From a virus (taxonomy: Duplodnaviria; Caudoviricetes), in IMG/VR virus record IMGVR_UViG_3300048851_000228, positions 1 through 39,312 of that record: a stretch of 39,312 bases of DNA; one strand, written 5' to 3'. A program made the position numbers and the translations under genes. This document shows, in pieces, positions 17,087-26,744 of the stretch (its first letter is position 1; every line of letters begins with the position of its first letter). The notes below the pieces were generated by a model, which worked only from the letters and a program-made list of their open reading frames with translations, ran no database searches and was not told where the DNA came from.

Positions 17087-17815
17087 ATGGAAGAGAATAA
17101 TGACAAGCCTCTGACGCTCGAAGAGAGCCGAGAGCTAAACTTCGAATTCGGTCTCGATACTGTTGCCGCGAAGGAATTGCAGGCGGCACTTGACGCGGCG
17201 ACTGAGTCAGCTGGTGCCGATCGTCTGATCGTCATCGAACTGACTGACGGGATGGTCACGCTCGGCTATCCGGCAGAAGGTGGACCGGAAGATCAGACGA
17301 TCGCCGGCAAGGCTTTGCTGATCATTGCCGGGCTGCAGGCCGATCGCGTCGACCTGAAGGACCAAATTAGTAGGTTAGAAACCGAGCTTGCCGATGCGAT
17401 CGCGCGGGCTGAGAAAGCCGAGACTGGCGAGAAGAAGGCGAAAGCTACGCTGACAAAGGCGAGCGCGCCAGCCAAGCGGCGCAAACTCGGTGCGATCGAC
17501 GATGTCGATGGCGACAAGATCCGTGCGGCGATAGCAGGTGCCGATGAGGTTCAGGTCGCGTTCTCGGACGGCACGCGCGAGGTGCTCGGCCTGTCGCCGG
17601 TCATCGTCGCCGGCGACGCGTGGAAGGATCATCCGAATGGGTTGATGCTCAACGAACCGGTCGAGATCGAGGGGCCCGGCGAAGGTACCAGCGTCACGAT
17701 CGACGGCTATGCGCTAATGATCGACGGTAAGCAGGTCGCCTATTCGCGGCGATCGACGCCCCTGCAGATCGCGCCGGGGCAGCACATGAAGATCTCCGAC
17801 GACATCATCTTCTGA
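17087..17815 (+). CDS. Hypothetical protein with coiled coil and beta-rich C-terminal domain
   Basis: ATG 17087; LKDQISRLETELADAIARAE heptads; beta-strand-rich tail. Confidence 0.7.
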   Translation: MEENNDKPLTLEESRELNFEFGLDTVAAKELQAALDAATESAGADRLIVIELTDGMVTLGYPAEGGPEDQTIAGKALLIIAGLQADRVDLKDQISRLETELADAIARAEKAETGEKKAKATLTKASAPAKRRKLGAIDDVDGDKIRAAIAGADEVQVAFSDGTREVLGLSPVIVAGDAWKDHPNGLMLNEPVEIEGPGEGTSVTIDGYALMIDGKQVAYSRRSTPLQIAPGQHMKISDDIIF

Positions 17816-17821
17816 TCATCC

Positions 17822-17847
17822 GGGGCGCCGCCTGCGGGTGGCGCCTC
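17822..17847 (+). other. GC-rich hairpin before the portal gene
   Basis: GGGGCGCCGCC-TGCG-GGTGGCGCCTC; no U tract. Confidence 0.45.
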
Positions 17848-17860
17848 ATCTGGGGGCGGC

Positions 17861-19534
17861 ATGGCCAACGATACAATCCAAGACGACGACCAGGTGCGCG
17901 AGCACCTGCGTAACCATGACCGCCTCGCGATGCTGCGTGCGCCGTGGGAAGCGGTGTGGCGCGAGATCGACGAACGCGTGAACCCGATGGGGGCCGGCAC
18001 GATCGGCGCCAGCGCTGGCGCCGGTGGCCGGATGAGCCGCGCCGGCACGGTGAAGGGCGCGCAAAACTTCGACGTGACGGCGGTGGAGAGCCTGGACCGC
18101 TTTTCCGCAGCGATGGCGGCGATCACGGTGCCGCGCAACACTCAGTATATCCGGACCAAGTTCGGCAACAAGGATCTCGACAAGCTGCCGGAGGTACGGC
18201 GCTGGTGCGAGCGGGCTGGCGATCGGTTGCACGCAATCCGCTATGCGCCGCATGCCGCGTTCGCCGTCCAGGCCACCAAGGATTTCCGTCAGCTCGGACG
18301 CTATGGCATCGGTCCGCTATGGACCGGCGAAAAGAAGGGCGTCGGTATGTTCTACCGCGCGCTCCATATGGCGGAATGCTACATCGATGAGGATTTCTCG
18401 GGGCAGGTCGACACCGTCCATCGCCGCTACACGCTGACCGCGCGGCAATGCCGGCAGGAGTTTGGCCAGGACGCGCTGACGACCAAGATGCGCGAAGCGA
18501 TCGAGGCTAAGAAGCTCGATAGCGAATTCGAGATCCTGCACATCGTGTGCCCCAACGTCGACATCGAGCCCGGCCGGTTCGACTGGCGCGGCAAGCGCAT
18601 CGCGTCGTCCCATGTCGCGATCGACGAAAAGGTGTTCCTGCGTCGCGCCGGCTTCAATTCGATGCCGATCAGCGTGTCGCGGCACATGTCCGAGGCGGGC
18701 GAGCTGTATGGCTGGTCGCCGGCGATGAAGGTGCTGCCGGCGATCCGGTCGGCAAACGTGATGAAACAGACGATCATGCGGTCGGCGCACAAGATGGTCG
18801 ATCCGGCGCTCGCGTTCTGGGACGATGACGGCATCACGTCGCTGGTCACGCGCCCGGGCGGGCTCAATCCCGGCCTGGTCGACGAACGCGGCAACCTGAT
18901 GGTCGCTGCGCTGCCGACGGGATCGAACCTGCCGATCGGGCTGGAAATGATCGAGGGCGAGCGGGCGGACATCCGCACGGGTTTCCTCGAGGACTTTTTC
19001 AAGATCCTCACGGACCCATCCGATCGCATGACGGCGACACAGGTATTGGAGATGGTCGGCAAGCAGGGCGTGCTGGTTGCACCCTATGCCGGGCAGTACG
19101 AAACAGAAAAACAGAACCCGGTCACGCAACGTGATCTGGATCTGGCGATGGCGGCCGGGCAGGTCGAGCCGTTCCCCGACGTCGTGTTGGAGGCAGGCGC
19201 GTATCCGCTAATCGAGTATGAAAACCCGCTGACCCGGATGGCGCGGGCCGAAGAGGCTGCGGGCCTGACGCGCTGGTTCGAGGCGATGACGCCGCTGGCG
19301 CAGATCGATAACGGCGCGGTGTTCGATCACATCGATACCGACGCGGCCGCGCCAGGGCTCGCGGACGTGCTTGGCGTGCGGCCTAGCTGGATCGCCACGC
19401 CCGAGCAGGTCGCGGCAAAGCGCAAGGCGCGGTCGGATAGCGAAGCGGTCGCAACCGGGGCGGGCCAGCTGGCCGACGTCGCCGGCGCGTACAAGGATAT
19501 CGCGTCCGCCAACCAGATCACGGAGGCGGCGTAA
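17861..19534 (+). CDS. Portal protein (T7-like head-tail connector family)
   Basis: 557 aa; R..WE..W.EI, D.TA, GELYGWSPAM, MTATQV motifs. Confidence 0.9.
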   Translation: MANDTIQDDDQVREHLRNHDRLAMLRAPWEAVWREIDERVNPMGAGTIGASAGAGGRMSRAGTVKGAQNFDVTAVESLDRFSAAMAAITVPRNTQYIRTKFGNKDLDKLPEVRRWCERAGDRLHAIRYAPHAAFAVQATKDFRQLGRYGIGPLWTGEKKGVGMFYRALHMAECYIDEDFSGQVDTVHRRYTLTARQCRQEFGQDALTTKMREAIEAKKLDSEFEILHIVCPNVDIEPGRFDWRGKRIASSHVAIDEKVFLRRAGFNSMPISVSRHMSEAGELYGWSPAMKVLPAIRSANVMKQTIMRSAHKMVDPALAFWDDDGITSLVTRPGGLNPGLVDERGNLMVAALPTGSNLPIGLEMIEGERADIRTGFLEDFFKILTDPSDRMTATQVLEMVGKQGVLVAPYAGQYETEKQNPVTQRDLDLAMAAGQVEPFPDVVLEAGAYPLIEYENPLTRMARAEEAAGLTRWFEAMTPLAQIDNGAVFDHIDTDAAAPGLADVLGVRPSWIATPEQVAAKRKARSDSEAVATGAGQLADVAGAYKDIASANQITEAA

Positions 19535-19803
19535 TGGATGCCGTAGCAACTGCTCCCACAAGTGGGAGCAGCATGGGACGGGAAGCGCGTCGGCTGGTGC
19601 TGTTTGATCGCGCGAAAGACGCAATGGGCGGGGCTCGCAAGCTGGGCGAGATAGTCGGCGTGGGGCGGCGATCCGTCAATAACAAGCTGAACGCCGAGCG
19701 CCGTCTTACCGATTTCGAGCTGAAGCTTACCGCAGACGCGCTCGATGCGCAGGCGCGGTACCTCGACCAGCTGGTCGCGGACATCCGCAAGGTGCTGCCA
19801 TGA
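19534..19803 (+). CDS. Small HTH DNA-binding protein within the head operon
   Basis: AMGGARKLGEIVGVGRRSVNNKLNAERRLT; TAATG-coupled to the portal. Confidence 0.65.
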   Translation: MDAVATAPTSGSSMGREARRLVLFDRAKDAMGGARKLGEIVGVGRRSVNNKLNAERRLTDFELKLTADALDAQARYLDQLVADIRKVLP

Positions 19804-20174
19804 ACAACGCACAGCGAAAGGTTTTCCTCGTCTTATCCCGAGATTGGAAAGAGCTGTTGCCGCGGTTGTCGCCGCCCGCCTGGTTGCGCACGATCATCGC
19901 GCTGCTGGTGGCGATCGTCGGTCGGCGCTGGGCGTACCGCGTCACCTTCACGGCTGACGATCGCATGTTGCGGATCGCCGCTCATCACGTGCTGGCAGAT
20001 CTCCGCATGTTCTGTTTCGCGACCGCCGATGGCCGTCGCCCGATTTTCGCATCCGATCCCCTCGTCATGGCGCGCAGGCTTGGCCGGCGCGAGGCGTTCG
20101 ATCGGATCATCAAGTACCTCAATCTGGACGAGGCGCAGGTCCAGGCAATCATGGAGATAGACGATGGCATTTGA
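19800..20174 (+). CDS. Bbp19-like small head-region protein
   Basis: VLADLRMFC...DPLVMARRLGRREAFDRI..YLNL, located between portal and scaffold. Confidence 0.65.
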   Translation: MNNAQRKVFLVLSRDWKELLPRLSPPAWLRTIIALLVAIVGRRWAYRVTFTADDRMLRIAAHHVLADLRMFCFATADGRRPIFASDPLVMARRLGRREAFDRIIKYLNLDEAQVQAIMEIDDGI

Positions 20175-21120
20175 GAACGGTGGCGAAGGCGGCCAGGACT
20201 TCGGCGGTGCTGCAGACCTGCTTCCCGCCGGTGGCAGTGGTGGTGGTTCCGGTGGTGGCGATGGCGGCGAGACTGGCGGCAGTGCCGGTGGCGAAGGTGG
20301 CCAGGGCGGCGCTGAAGGCGGCGATGGCGGCCAGGGTGGCGGTGCCACGCCCGACTGGTTCGAGAAGGTTTCCGCGAACGCTGGCGAAGGCGAGACGACC
20401 TCAAACCGCGACTGGCTCGCGGCAAAAGGCGTGAAAGATATCGACGGCCTGGCGAAGATCGCCCGCGATACCGAACGTGCCTTGCGTGACGGCGGTCGCA
20501 TCAAGGTTCCTGGCGAGGGCGCCAAGCCCGAGGAACTGTCCGCATTTCACAAGGCGATCGGCGTGCCGGAGGCGGTCGAGGGGTATGAGGTGAAAGGCCC
20601 CGAAGGCGTGCCGTTGAACGATGCGCTGATCGGGTCGCTGCGGGAAAGCGCGTTGAAGTACGGCACGCCGAAGGCTGCGTTCGAAGGATTGGTGGGCGAT
20701 TTCATCAAGGCGCAGATGGATGAGGCCGCGGTCGAGACGAAGCGCCAGGACGATCTCGCGTCCGGGTGGCTGAAGGAACAAGGCGGTAAGGCCGACGAGC
20801 AGCTGGCGCACATCAACACGGCAGCCCGATCGCTCGGCTTCACCAAGGCTGATATGTCGGGCCTACGCGCCGGGCTGGGCGCCGATCGCGCGCTTGGGCT
20901 GTTGGCAAAGCTTGGCGCTGGCATGGCGGAAGACGTGCTGATCACCGGAGGTAGCAACCGGTTCGGCGTGTCCGGCGCGGAGGCACAGGTGGAACTCGAT
21001 CGGCTCAAGAGCGACGATGATTTCCAGAAGAAGAACGTGCCTGGATCGCCCGAGCGCACCCGCTGGGACCGTCTCAACAAGCAGGCCGCTGAGTATGCTG
21101 CAGCAAAAGATGCGGGCTAA
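20164..21120 (+). CDS. Capsid scaffolding/assembly protein
   Basis: Gly-rich acidic N-terminus, IKVPGE...F.KAIGVPE...Y; immediately precedes the capsid gene. Confidence 0.8.
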   Translation: MAFENGGEGGQDFGGAADLLPAGGSGGGSGGGDGGETGGSAGGEGGQGGAEGGDGGQGGGATPDWFEKVSANAGEGETTSNRDWLAAKGVKDIDGLAKIARDTERALRDGGRIKVPGEGAKPEELSAFHKAIGVPEAVEGYEVKGPEGVPLNDALIGSLRESALKYGTPKAAFEGLVGDFIKAQMDEAAVETKRQDDLASGWLKEQGGKADEQLAHINTAARSLGFTKADMSGLRAGLGADRALGLLAKLGAGMAEDVLITGGSNRFGVSGAEAQVELDRLKSDDDFQKKNVPGSPERTRWDRLNKQAAEYAAAKDAG

Positions 21121-21133
21121 TATTGATTGCCAG

Positions 21134-21161
21134 TTGACGCGCGAATCGGCGTGTGAAATTT
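21134..21161 (+). promoter_or_regulatory. Possible sigma70-like promoter for the capsid gene
   Basis: TTGACG-N16-AAATTT preceded by TG. Confidence 0.35.
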
Positions 21162-21347
21162 AGAGGGCTCCGGCACCGGGGGGAGCCGCTTAAATCCCCC
21201 CAAAATTTAGTGCCCGCCTAGCCTCGTCGCCCGGGTCCCCCTGCTGGAATGCAGCGCCGATCGCGGGCGTTAAACGATAGAGGGGCCGGACGGTATCGTC
21301 CCTTAGCCAATCGAAATCGGATCAAACCTTTTTCGTGAGGCTGCGAG

Positions 21348-22277
21348 ATGGCAGACGTCAACACTACCGCAAATTATGAGTTCAAGAACAACCTGGAACT
21401 GAAGCTTCAGCAGAAGACTTCGGTGCTCTGGGATACGACCGAAGAGCAGGATTGCACCGGTTCCGAGAAGGAAACGGTCAAGGATCTTCTTGGCGAGGCG
21501 ACCCCGCAGGAAGCGGACGAGCGCTACGGTGATCTGAAGCGTACGCCGGTCGACCATGATCGCGTCTGGATCGTCAAGCCGAATGAACTCTACTTCAACG
21601 AGTATGTCGACGGCGCCGATCAGCTCGCGACCAAGATCGCGCTTGAGGGCGGTTACACGATGGCCGCTATGGCGACCATTCACCGCTCCTGGGACAGCCA
21701 GATCCTCGCCGGCATGTACGGCACCATGCTGACCGGCAAGGATGGCACGATCACCACGCCGCTCGCAGGCGGTGTCACCGTCCCGGTCACGGTCGGCGGT
21801 GCGGCCGGCCCGCAGCGCATGAACGTTGCCAAGGTTCGTGCAGCCAAGGTGATGCTCGGCCAGGCGTTCAACGATCCGTCGGACAAGCGCTACATGGCGC
21901 TCAGCGAGGTCCAGCGCGACGACCTGCTGAACGAAGTTCAGGCGACGTCGGGCGACTACTCGAAGGCGTTCGGCATCCGCCTGGACGCCGACGGCAACCT
22001 GATCGGGATCCTCGGCTTCAACCTCGTCAACATCGAGCTGCGCAACCCGAGCCTTCAGGTGGTGCAGCGCGGCCTGACGGTCACTGCGCAGGGCTACACC
22101 CGCAACCCGTTCTGGGTGAAGTCGGGCGTGCGCAAGGGCGTGTGGCGCAAAATCCGCACCGCGATCAAAGACCAGCCGTCCAAGGTCGACACCCGTAGCG
22201 TGTTCGCCGGCACTACCGTCGCCGCAACGCGCACCCAGGCCGGCAAGGTCGGCATCATCGAAAACAGCGAGGCTTGA
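21348..22277 (+). CDS. Major capsid protein
   Basis: 309 aa; F..NLELKLQQK.S.L start, ILGFNLV, ATRTQ..KV end; follows the scaffold. Confidence 0.88.
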   Translation: MADVNTTANYEFKNNLELKLQQKTSVLWDTTEEQDCTGSEKETVKDLLGEATPQEADERYGDLKRTPVDHDRVWIVKPNELYFNEYVDGADQLATKIALEGGYTMAAMATIHRSWDSQILAGMYGTMLTGKDGTITTPLAGGVTVPVTVGGAAGPQRMNVAKVRAAKVMLGQAFNDPSDKRYMALSEVQRDDLLNEVQATSGDYSKAFGIRLDADGNLIGILGFNLVNIELRNPSLQVVQRGLTVTAQGYTRNPFWVKSGVRKGVWRKIRTAIKDQPSKVDTRSVFAGTTVAATRTQAGKVGIIENSEA

Positions 22278-22280
22278 TCC

Positions 22281-22718
22281 ATGGACCTGTACGCACTCGA
22301 ATTCGTAGGCGGTCCCGACGGGACCGTACAGCCGCCCAAGAAGCTGGACGGCCGCGTCGTCAGCGCCAAGAAGCGCCGCACCCGCGCCGTCAAGCCGACG
22401 ATCATCCTGAATATCGGCGATCGGCTGTACATCGGCAAACTGCCGCAGGACGGTCTCCTTCAGCAGCTGTCCGGCAATTTCGACACCTCGCTCGGTGCGA
22501 CGACGCTGTCGATCGGCACGACCACGACGCCGGCGAAGTACGCCAACGCGGTCACGCTGACGGACGTCAACAAGCCGGTGGCGATCGGGCCGCGTAGCGC
22601 AGCCGCGGTGCTGGCGCCGACGACGGTCGATGAGAATTTGTGGGTCACGATTGGCGGTGCGGCGATCCCCGCGGCCGTCGTCGGTGCCTTCTATATGGAA
22701 TACACGATCGCGACCTAA
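22281..22718 (+). CDS. Capsid decoration/cement-like protein
   Basis: 145-aa beta-rich, Thr/Ala-rich ORF after the capsid gene (GDRLYIGKLP...TLSIG). Confidence 0.65.
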   Translation: MDLYALEFVGGPDGTVQPPKKLDGRVVSAKKRRTRAVKPTIILNIGDRLYIGKLPQDGLLQQLSGNFDTSLGATTLSIGTTTTPAKYANAVTLTDVNKPVAIGPRSAAAVLAPTTVDENLWVTIGGAAIPAAVVGAFYMEYTIAT

Positions 22719-22743
22719 CGCGCACTCGTGGACGATCTCGGAC

Positions 22744-22813
22744 CGGACCTTGCGGGGGCGCAGGGTCCGACCGAAGCCGGGCGGCGCCGTCATCGCCGTC
22801 CGGCACCCTTTTT
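22744..22813 (+). terminator. Tandem hairpins; the second resembles an intrinsic terminator/attenuator
   Basis: CGGACCTTGCG/CGCAGGGTCCG (22744-22769), then GCCGGGCGGCG/CGCCGTCCGGC (22776-22804) followed by ACCCTTTTT. Confidence 0.6.
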
Positions 22814-22824
22814 GGAGAATGCCC

Positions 22825-23022
22825 ATGGCGCAGGTCAAACTCACGGTCGCTCGCGGCAAGCCGCAGATCAAGGATATCGCGCTGAGCGCCGGCACGGCGA
22901 TCGCCGGATCCGATGCGATGGAACTCAACATCGATTTCACCAAGATGGCCAAAGGCGACGCCCTGGTCATGCTCGACGGGCTACGCGACAAGATCTTCGC
23001 GACCCCCTGGCCGATGGTCTGA
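22825..23022 (+). CDS. Small virion-region hypothetical protein
   Basis: RBS GGAG; MAQVKLTVARG...WPMV*. Confidence 0.7.
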   Translation: MAQVKLTVARGKPQIKDIALSAGTAIAGSDAMELNIDFTKMAKGDALVMLDGLRDKIFATPWPMV

Positions 23023-23030
23023 GCGCGTAG

Positions 23031-23639
23031 GTGGCGGACTTCGTCACCATCGCCAACCTGGCGGCCTCGGCACTTGGCGAGGACGATCAGCTACGGTCGC
23101 CTGACGATAACACCCATCTTTCACGGTCCGTGCTGGCGGTGTGGAACGTCGAGCGGCGAGCCGCGCTTCGCGATCATAGCTGGAATTTCGCCATGCGGCG
23201 CCAGGCGCTGCCTGCATCGGCCGATCAGGACGCAAGCCCTTACGGGTTTGCCTACCGCATACCGGCATCAAGCGTGCGCCTTATCGAGGTGCTCGGCTAT
23301 CGTCGCGGTGATTACCAGCTCGAAGGCCCGTTCATCCTCGCCGATGCGGCAGCGCCGCTCCGGATCCGCTTTATCGCCGACGTCGTCGAGCCAGCCGAGT
23401 GGGATGACATGTTCGCCAAGGCGTTTGCGATGCGCGTCGCCTGGCAGATCGCCGACCGCATCACCGGCGATACCGGCCGTGTGCAGCTCGCCGAGCGAAA
23501 GTACCGTGACGCCCTGTCCGAAGCCAAGCGCGTAGATGCGCGCGAGAACCCGCAGGTGCCTTCTGTACCGACTGGATGGGAGATGGCGCGCACGGGCGGT
23601 GGTGAGATCGTCGATCGCAAGGGGCTTGTTTGGCCATGA
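23031..23639 (+). CDS. Tail tubular protein A / adaptor (T7 gp11-like)
   Basis: V.IANLA...LG, LRDHSWNFAMRR, Y.IP motifs. Confidence 0.85.
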   Translation: MADFVTIANLAASALGEDDQLRSPDDNTHLSRSVLAVWNVERRAALRDHSWNFAMRRQALPASADQDASPYGFAYRIPASSVRLIEVLGYRRGDYQLEGPFILADAAAPLRIRFIADVVEPAEWDDMFAKAFAMRVAWQIADRITGDTGRVQLAERKYRDALSEAKRVDARENPQVPSVPTGWEMARTGGGEIVDRKGLVWP

Positions 23640-25849
23640 GCCTGCAGCGTCCGATCGCCACCAGCTTCAATGGCGGCGAGCTATCACCACGCATGGGTGG
23701 TCGCGTCGACACCGCGGTGTACGGCGTCGGCGTCGATCAGGCCCAGAACTTTGTGCCCACCGTCGAGGGTGCGATCGTCAAGCGCCCCGGTTTCGAGTAT
23801 ATCCGTGAGGCAGCCGCTACTGCCAGCTGGCTGACACAGTTCCGGTTCAACCTGACGCAAGACTATGTGATCGAGTGGAGCAACGGAAAGCTTCGTTTTT
23901 ACACGAACGATGTCCGGATCGAGACTGCGCCGGGTGTGCCGTACGAAGTGGCGGTGCCCTACACTGCAGCGGAAGCGCCATTCGTCTCGTTCCAGCAAAG
24001 TTTTGATCGACTGTATCTCGATCATCCGAGCTATCCACCTGCGCGGCTGACCCGGACATCGGCAACGACATTCGTTTACGAGGTCCTGCCATTTGCCAAC
24101 GGTCCCTTCGCCGATCGCAATACGGATGTTGGCGTCACCGTCACTGTGAGCGGAACGACGGGCGCGGTGAACATAACTGCGACGTCGGCAATATTCCTGC
24201 CCGGGCACGCCGGCGCACCGTTCCGCATCGAGGCGCTGGATTTCTCGACGATCCCGGCGTGGGAAGCGCAGATGAAGGTCGTCGTCGGCGATGTGCGTCG
24301 GTCCGAGGGCAAGGCCTATACCGCGCTGACCGCCGGCACGACGGGAACCGTCCAGCCGATACATACCGCCGGCGCCGAGTGGGACGGCTCCAACACGAAG
24401 GACGCGAACGACAAAGGGCCGTTCGGCGTGCAGTGGGCGTATCGTCATGACCAGTTCGGCATGCTGCGTATCGATGCGGTAACGTCGCCGACGACCGCAG
24501 CCGCAACCGTCACGCGGGCGTTGCCCGATAGCGTCACGAGCGTTCCGACCTGGCGCTGGGCCCATGGCGCGTTTTCCGCCGCTGCCGGCTGGCCGTCCGT
24601 CGTCATCGCCTGGGCGGGCCGGCTGTGCCACTTCAAGAACTTCGAGCTGCTGGCGTCTGTTGCCGGCGATTACCTGAACCATGCAGCCTATACCGCCAGC
24701 GGCATCACGCCGGCGGACCTGGCGTTTCGGCGGACCTTGTCGACCGAGGATCCCGTGTTGTGGGCCATGGGCGATCGCAAGCTGATCGTGGGTACCGCCA
24801 GCCGCGAGATCGCGATCGGCGCGATCAACGCCGCGTCGGCCGTCGCCGGCGACAACATCGAGGCGGTGCCGCAAAGCTTCTACGGCAGCGAGCGGGTGTT
24901 CCCCGCCCAGATCGCAACGACCGGCGTGTTCGTCCAGCGCGGCGGGCGCAAGCTGCGCCAGGCCGAATATGATTTCGCCCGCGATCGCTATGCGGCAGCC
25001 AACATGACCGTGTGGTGCCGCCACATCACGAAGAGCGGCATCCAGCAATTGACGTTCCAAAAGGAACCTGAAGAGCTGTTGATCGGGGTTCGCGGCGACG
25101 GCCAGATGATCGTCCATCCGCATGCGCCCGAGCAGGACATCAAGGGCTTTGCCCGCATGCTGCATGGTGGCGGCCGCGTGCTGTCGGCTGTGTGCTGCGC
25201 AAGCGCGAGCGGCGACCAGGACGCGCTGTGGGTGCTCGTCGAGCGTCTGGACGGCGCGCGCAGCGTCGAGCGCATGGCAACGTGGCATGACGACGAGGAT
25301 CCGATCGAGGACGCGTTCTACGTCGACAGCGGTACGACAGTGATGGCGGCAGCCGGGCAAACGCATTTCACCGGCGCAACGCAGCTGGCAGGCCGCGCCG
25401 TCGCGATCCTTGCGGCAGGCGGCGTCGTCACCGGGGTGACGGTCGCGGCGGACGGCAGCTTTTCTGTGCCGGAGTCGGTAGTCCCGGCAGAGCGCGCGTA
25501 CCGCCTCACGGTTGGCCTGCCCTACCTCGCGCGCGTCGTGACCCTGCGGCCTGAACTTCGCGGCAACGGCGAGACGTCGCAGGGCAAGCGCCAGCGCCTG
25601 GTGAAGATGGTGCTGCGCCTGATAGCGACGACGGGGATCAAGATCGGCGCGAAAGGCGGAACCCTCGATAACCTGGTCGACCGCGCCAGCGACGAATTCA
25701 TGGACGCGCCAGTGCCCCTGTTCACCGGCGACAGCGAGCGATCGGTAAGCGGTGGATGGGATCGTAACGGTCAGGCCGTATTCGAAAGCGACGGGCCGCT
25801 GCCGGCGACTATCGTCGCGGCCATGCCGACGCTCGCGGTGACGTCGTGA
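23636..25849 (+). CDS. Tail tubular protein B / nozzle (T7 gp12-like)
   Basis: TSFNGGELSP...KRPG, QSFDRLY..HP.YPP, GWPS, VGLPY, PLFTG, PLPATI. Confidence 0.88.
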   Translation: MSLQRPIATSFNGGELSPRMGGRVDTAVYGVGVDQAQNFVPTVEGAIVKRPGFEYIREAAATASWLTQFRFNLTQDYVIEWSNGKLRFYTNDVRIETAPGVPYEVAVPYTAAEAPFVSFQQSFDRLYLDHPSYPPARLTRTSATTFVYEVLPFANGPFADRNTDVGVTVTVSGTTGAVNITATSAIFLPGHAGAPFRIEALDFSTIPAWEAQMKVVVGDVRRSEGKAYTALTAGTTGTVQPIHTAGAEWDGSNTKDANDKGPFGVQWAYRHDQFGMLRIDAVTSPTTAAATVTRALPDSVTSVPTWRWAHGAFSAAAGWPSVVIAWAGRLCHFKNFELLASVAGDYLNHAAYTASGITPADLAFRRTLSTEDPVLWAMGDRKLIVGTASREIAIGAINAASAVAGDNIEAVPQSFYGSERVFPAQIATTGVFVQRGGRKLRQAEYDFARDRYAAANMTVWCRHITKSGIQQLTFQKEPEELLIGVRGDGQMIVHPHAPEQDIKGFARMLHGGGRVLSAVCCASASGDQDALWVLVERLDGARSVERMATWHDDEDPIEDAFYVDSGTTVMAAAGQTHFTGATQLAGRAVAILAAGGVVTGVTVAADGSFSVPESVVPAERAYRLTVGLPYLARVVTLRPELRGNGETSQGKRQRLVKMVLRLIATTGIKIGAKGGTLDNLVDRASDEFMDAPVPLFTGDSERSVSGGWDRNGQAVFESDGPLPATIVAAMPTLAVTS

Positions 25850-26298
25850 CCGTGCAGATTGCAGCGATGCTTCCCGCCGACATGATCGAGATCCAGCGCC
25901 AGGCGTCGCAGCTCGTGCAGCTGGGGATCGAGCGCGAAGTCACGATTGAGGAAGCCGAGGCGATCGCCGATGGACCGGGCGAAGCGTGGACCGCGCGGCA
26001 TCAAGGGCGGATCGTCGCATGTCTGGGCCTGCGCGAGACGTTCCCCGATCGGCAGGCGGTCGCGTGGGCGGTGCTGGCAGAGGGTGTCGGCGCCGCGCAC
26101 TTCGCGATCACGCGGTTCGCCCGTGCGCGGATCTCGGCCAGCCATCTCGGCCGGATCGAGGCGATCGTTCGCCAGGCCGTGCCGGCGGAAGGTGCCTGGG
26201 CGAGCCTGGTAGGATTGGCGCCGGCGCATGTGCTGCGGTGCTTTGGAGCGATGGGCGAAACGCATATCCTGTGCGAGCGCATCCGGGAGGTGCGATAG
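25846..26298 (+). CDS. gp13-like / GNAT-fold assembly protein
   Basis: Sits between nozzle and ejection genes; GRIVAC.G...AWA...RIEA.V pattern. Confidence 0.6.
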   Translation: MTVQIAAMLPADMIEIQRQASQLVQLGIEREVTIEEAEAIADGPGEAWTARHQGRIVACLGLRETFPDRQAVAWAVLAEGVGAAHFAITRFARARISASHLGRIEAIVRQAVPAEGAWASLVGLAPAHVLRCFGAMGETHILCERIREVR

Positions 26299-26744
26299 TG
26301 GCTGAAGGTATGCAGGCGGCCGGCCAGGTCATAGGCGGCGTCGGGCAGTACGAGGCCGGCAAGTACAACGCGAAGGTCGCCAATACGCAGGCGATCGAAC
26401 TGGAACGCGCCGGCGCGTCCGAGGAAGAGCGCGTGCGCGAGGCGGCGCGGATGCAGATGGGGCAGCAGATCGCGGCGCAGGCCGGCGGTGGCTTCCAGAT
26501 CGGCACGGGATCCGCGCTCGACGCACTGACGCAAAGCCAGGTGAACGCCGCGCTCGACGCGCTAACGATCCGGCGCGAGGCGGCTGGCCGTGCGCGTGCG
26601 CAGCGGATCTCGGGCGCGATCGCGAAGTCGCAGGGTGAGAACGCGCTGGTTAGCGGCATGCTTGGCGCGGCAACGACGATCGCCAACACCAACGCGGACT
26701 GGGCTGCAGCGCGACAGGGTACGACGGCGAGAGGCGGCCACTGA
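26298..26744 (+). CDS. Small internal virion (ejection) protein, gp14-like
   Basis: GTG overlapping the upstream TAG; Ala/Gly/Gln-rich, G.Q.A..AGGG...GTGSALD motif. Confidence 0.75.
   Translation: MAEGMQAAGQVIGGVGQYEAGKYNAKVANTQAIELERAGASEEERVREAARMQMGQQIAAQAGGGFQIGTGSALDALTQSQVNAALDALTIRREAAGRARAQRISGAIAKSQGENALVSGMLGAATTIANTNADWAAARQGTTARGGH

Noticed and set aside
20170-20350. GGC-rich tandem repeats
   Set aside because: Simply encode the Gly-rich scaffold N-terminus (GGEGGQ).
21211-21295. Superficial resemblance of the capsid leader to a twister ribozyme
   Set aside because: Lacks the conserved UAA cleavage context and the second GC pseudoknot; kept only as a generic structured RNA.
22275-22283. 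Capsid TGA is in frame with the next ATG (possible readthrough fusion)
   Set aside because: One-in-three chance; the downstream gene has its own GAGG RBS and UGA-U is an efficient stop context.
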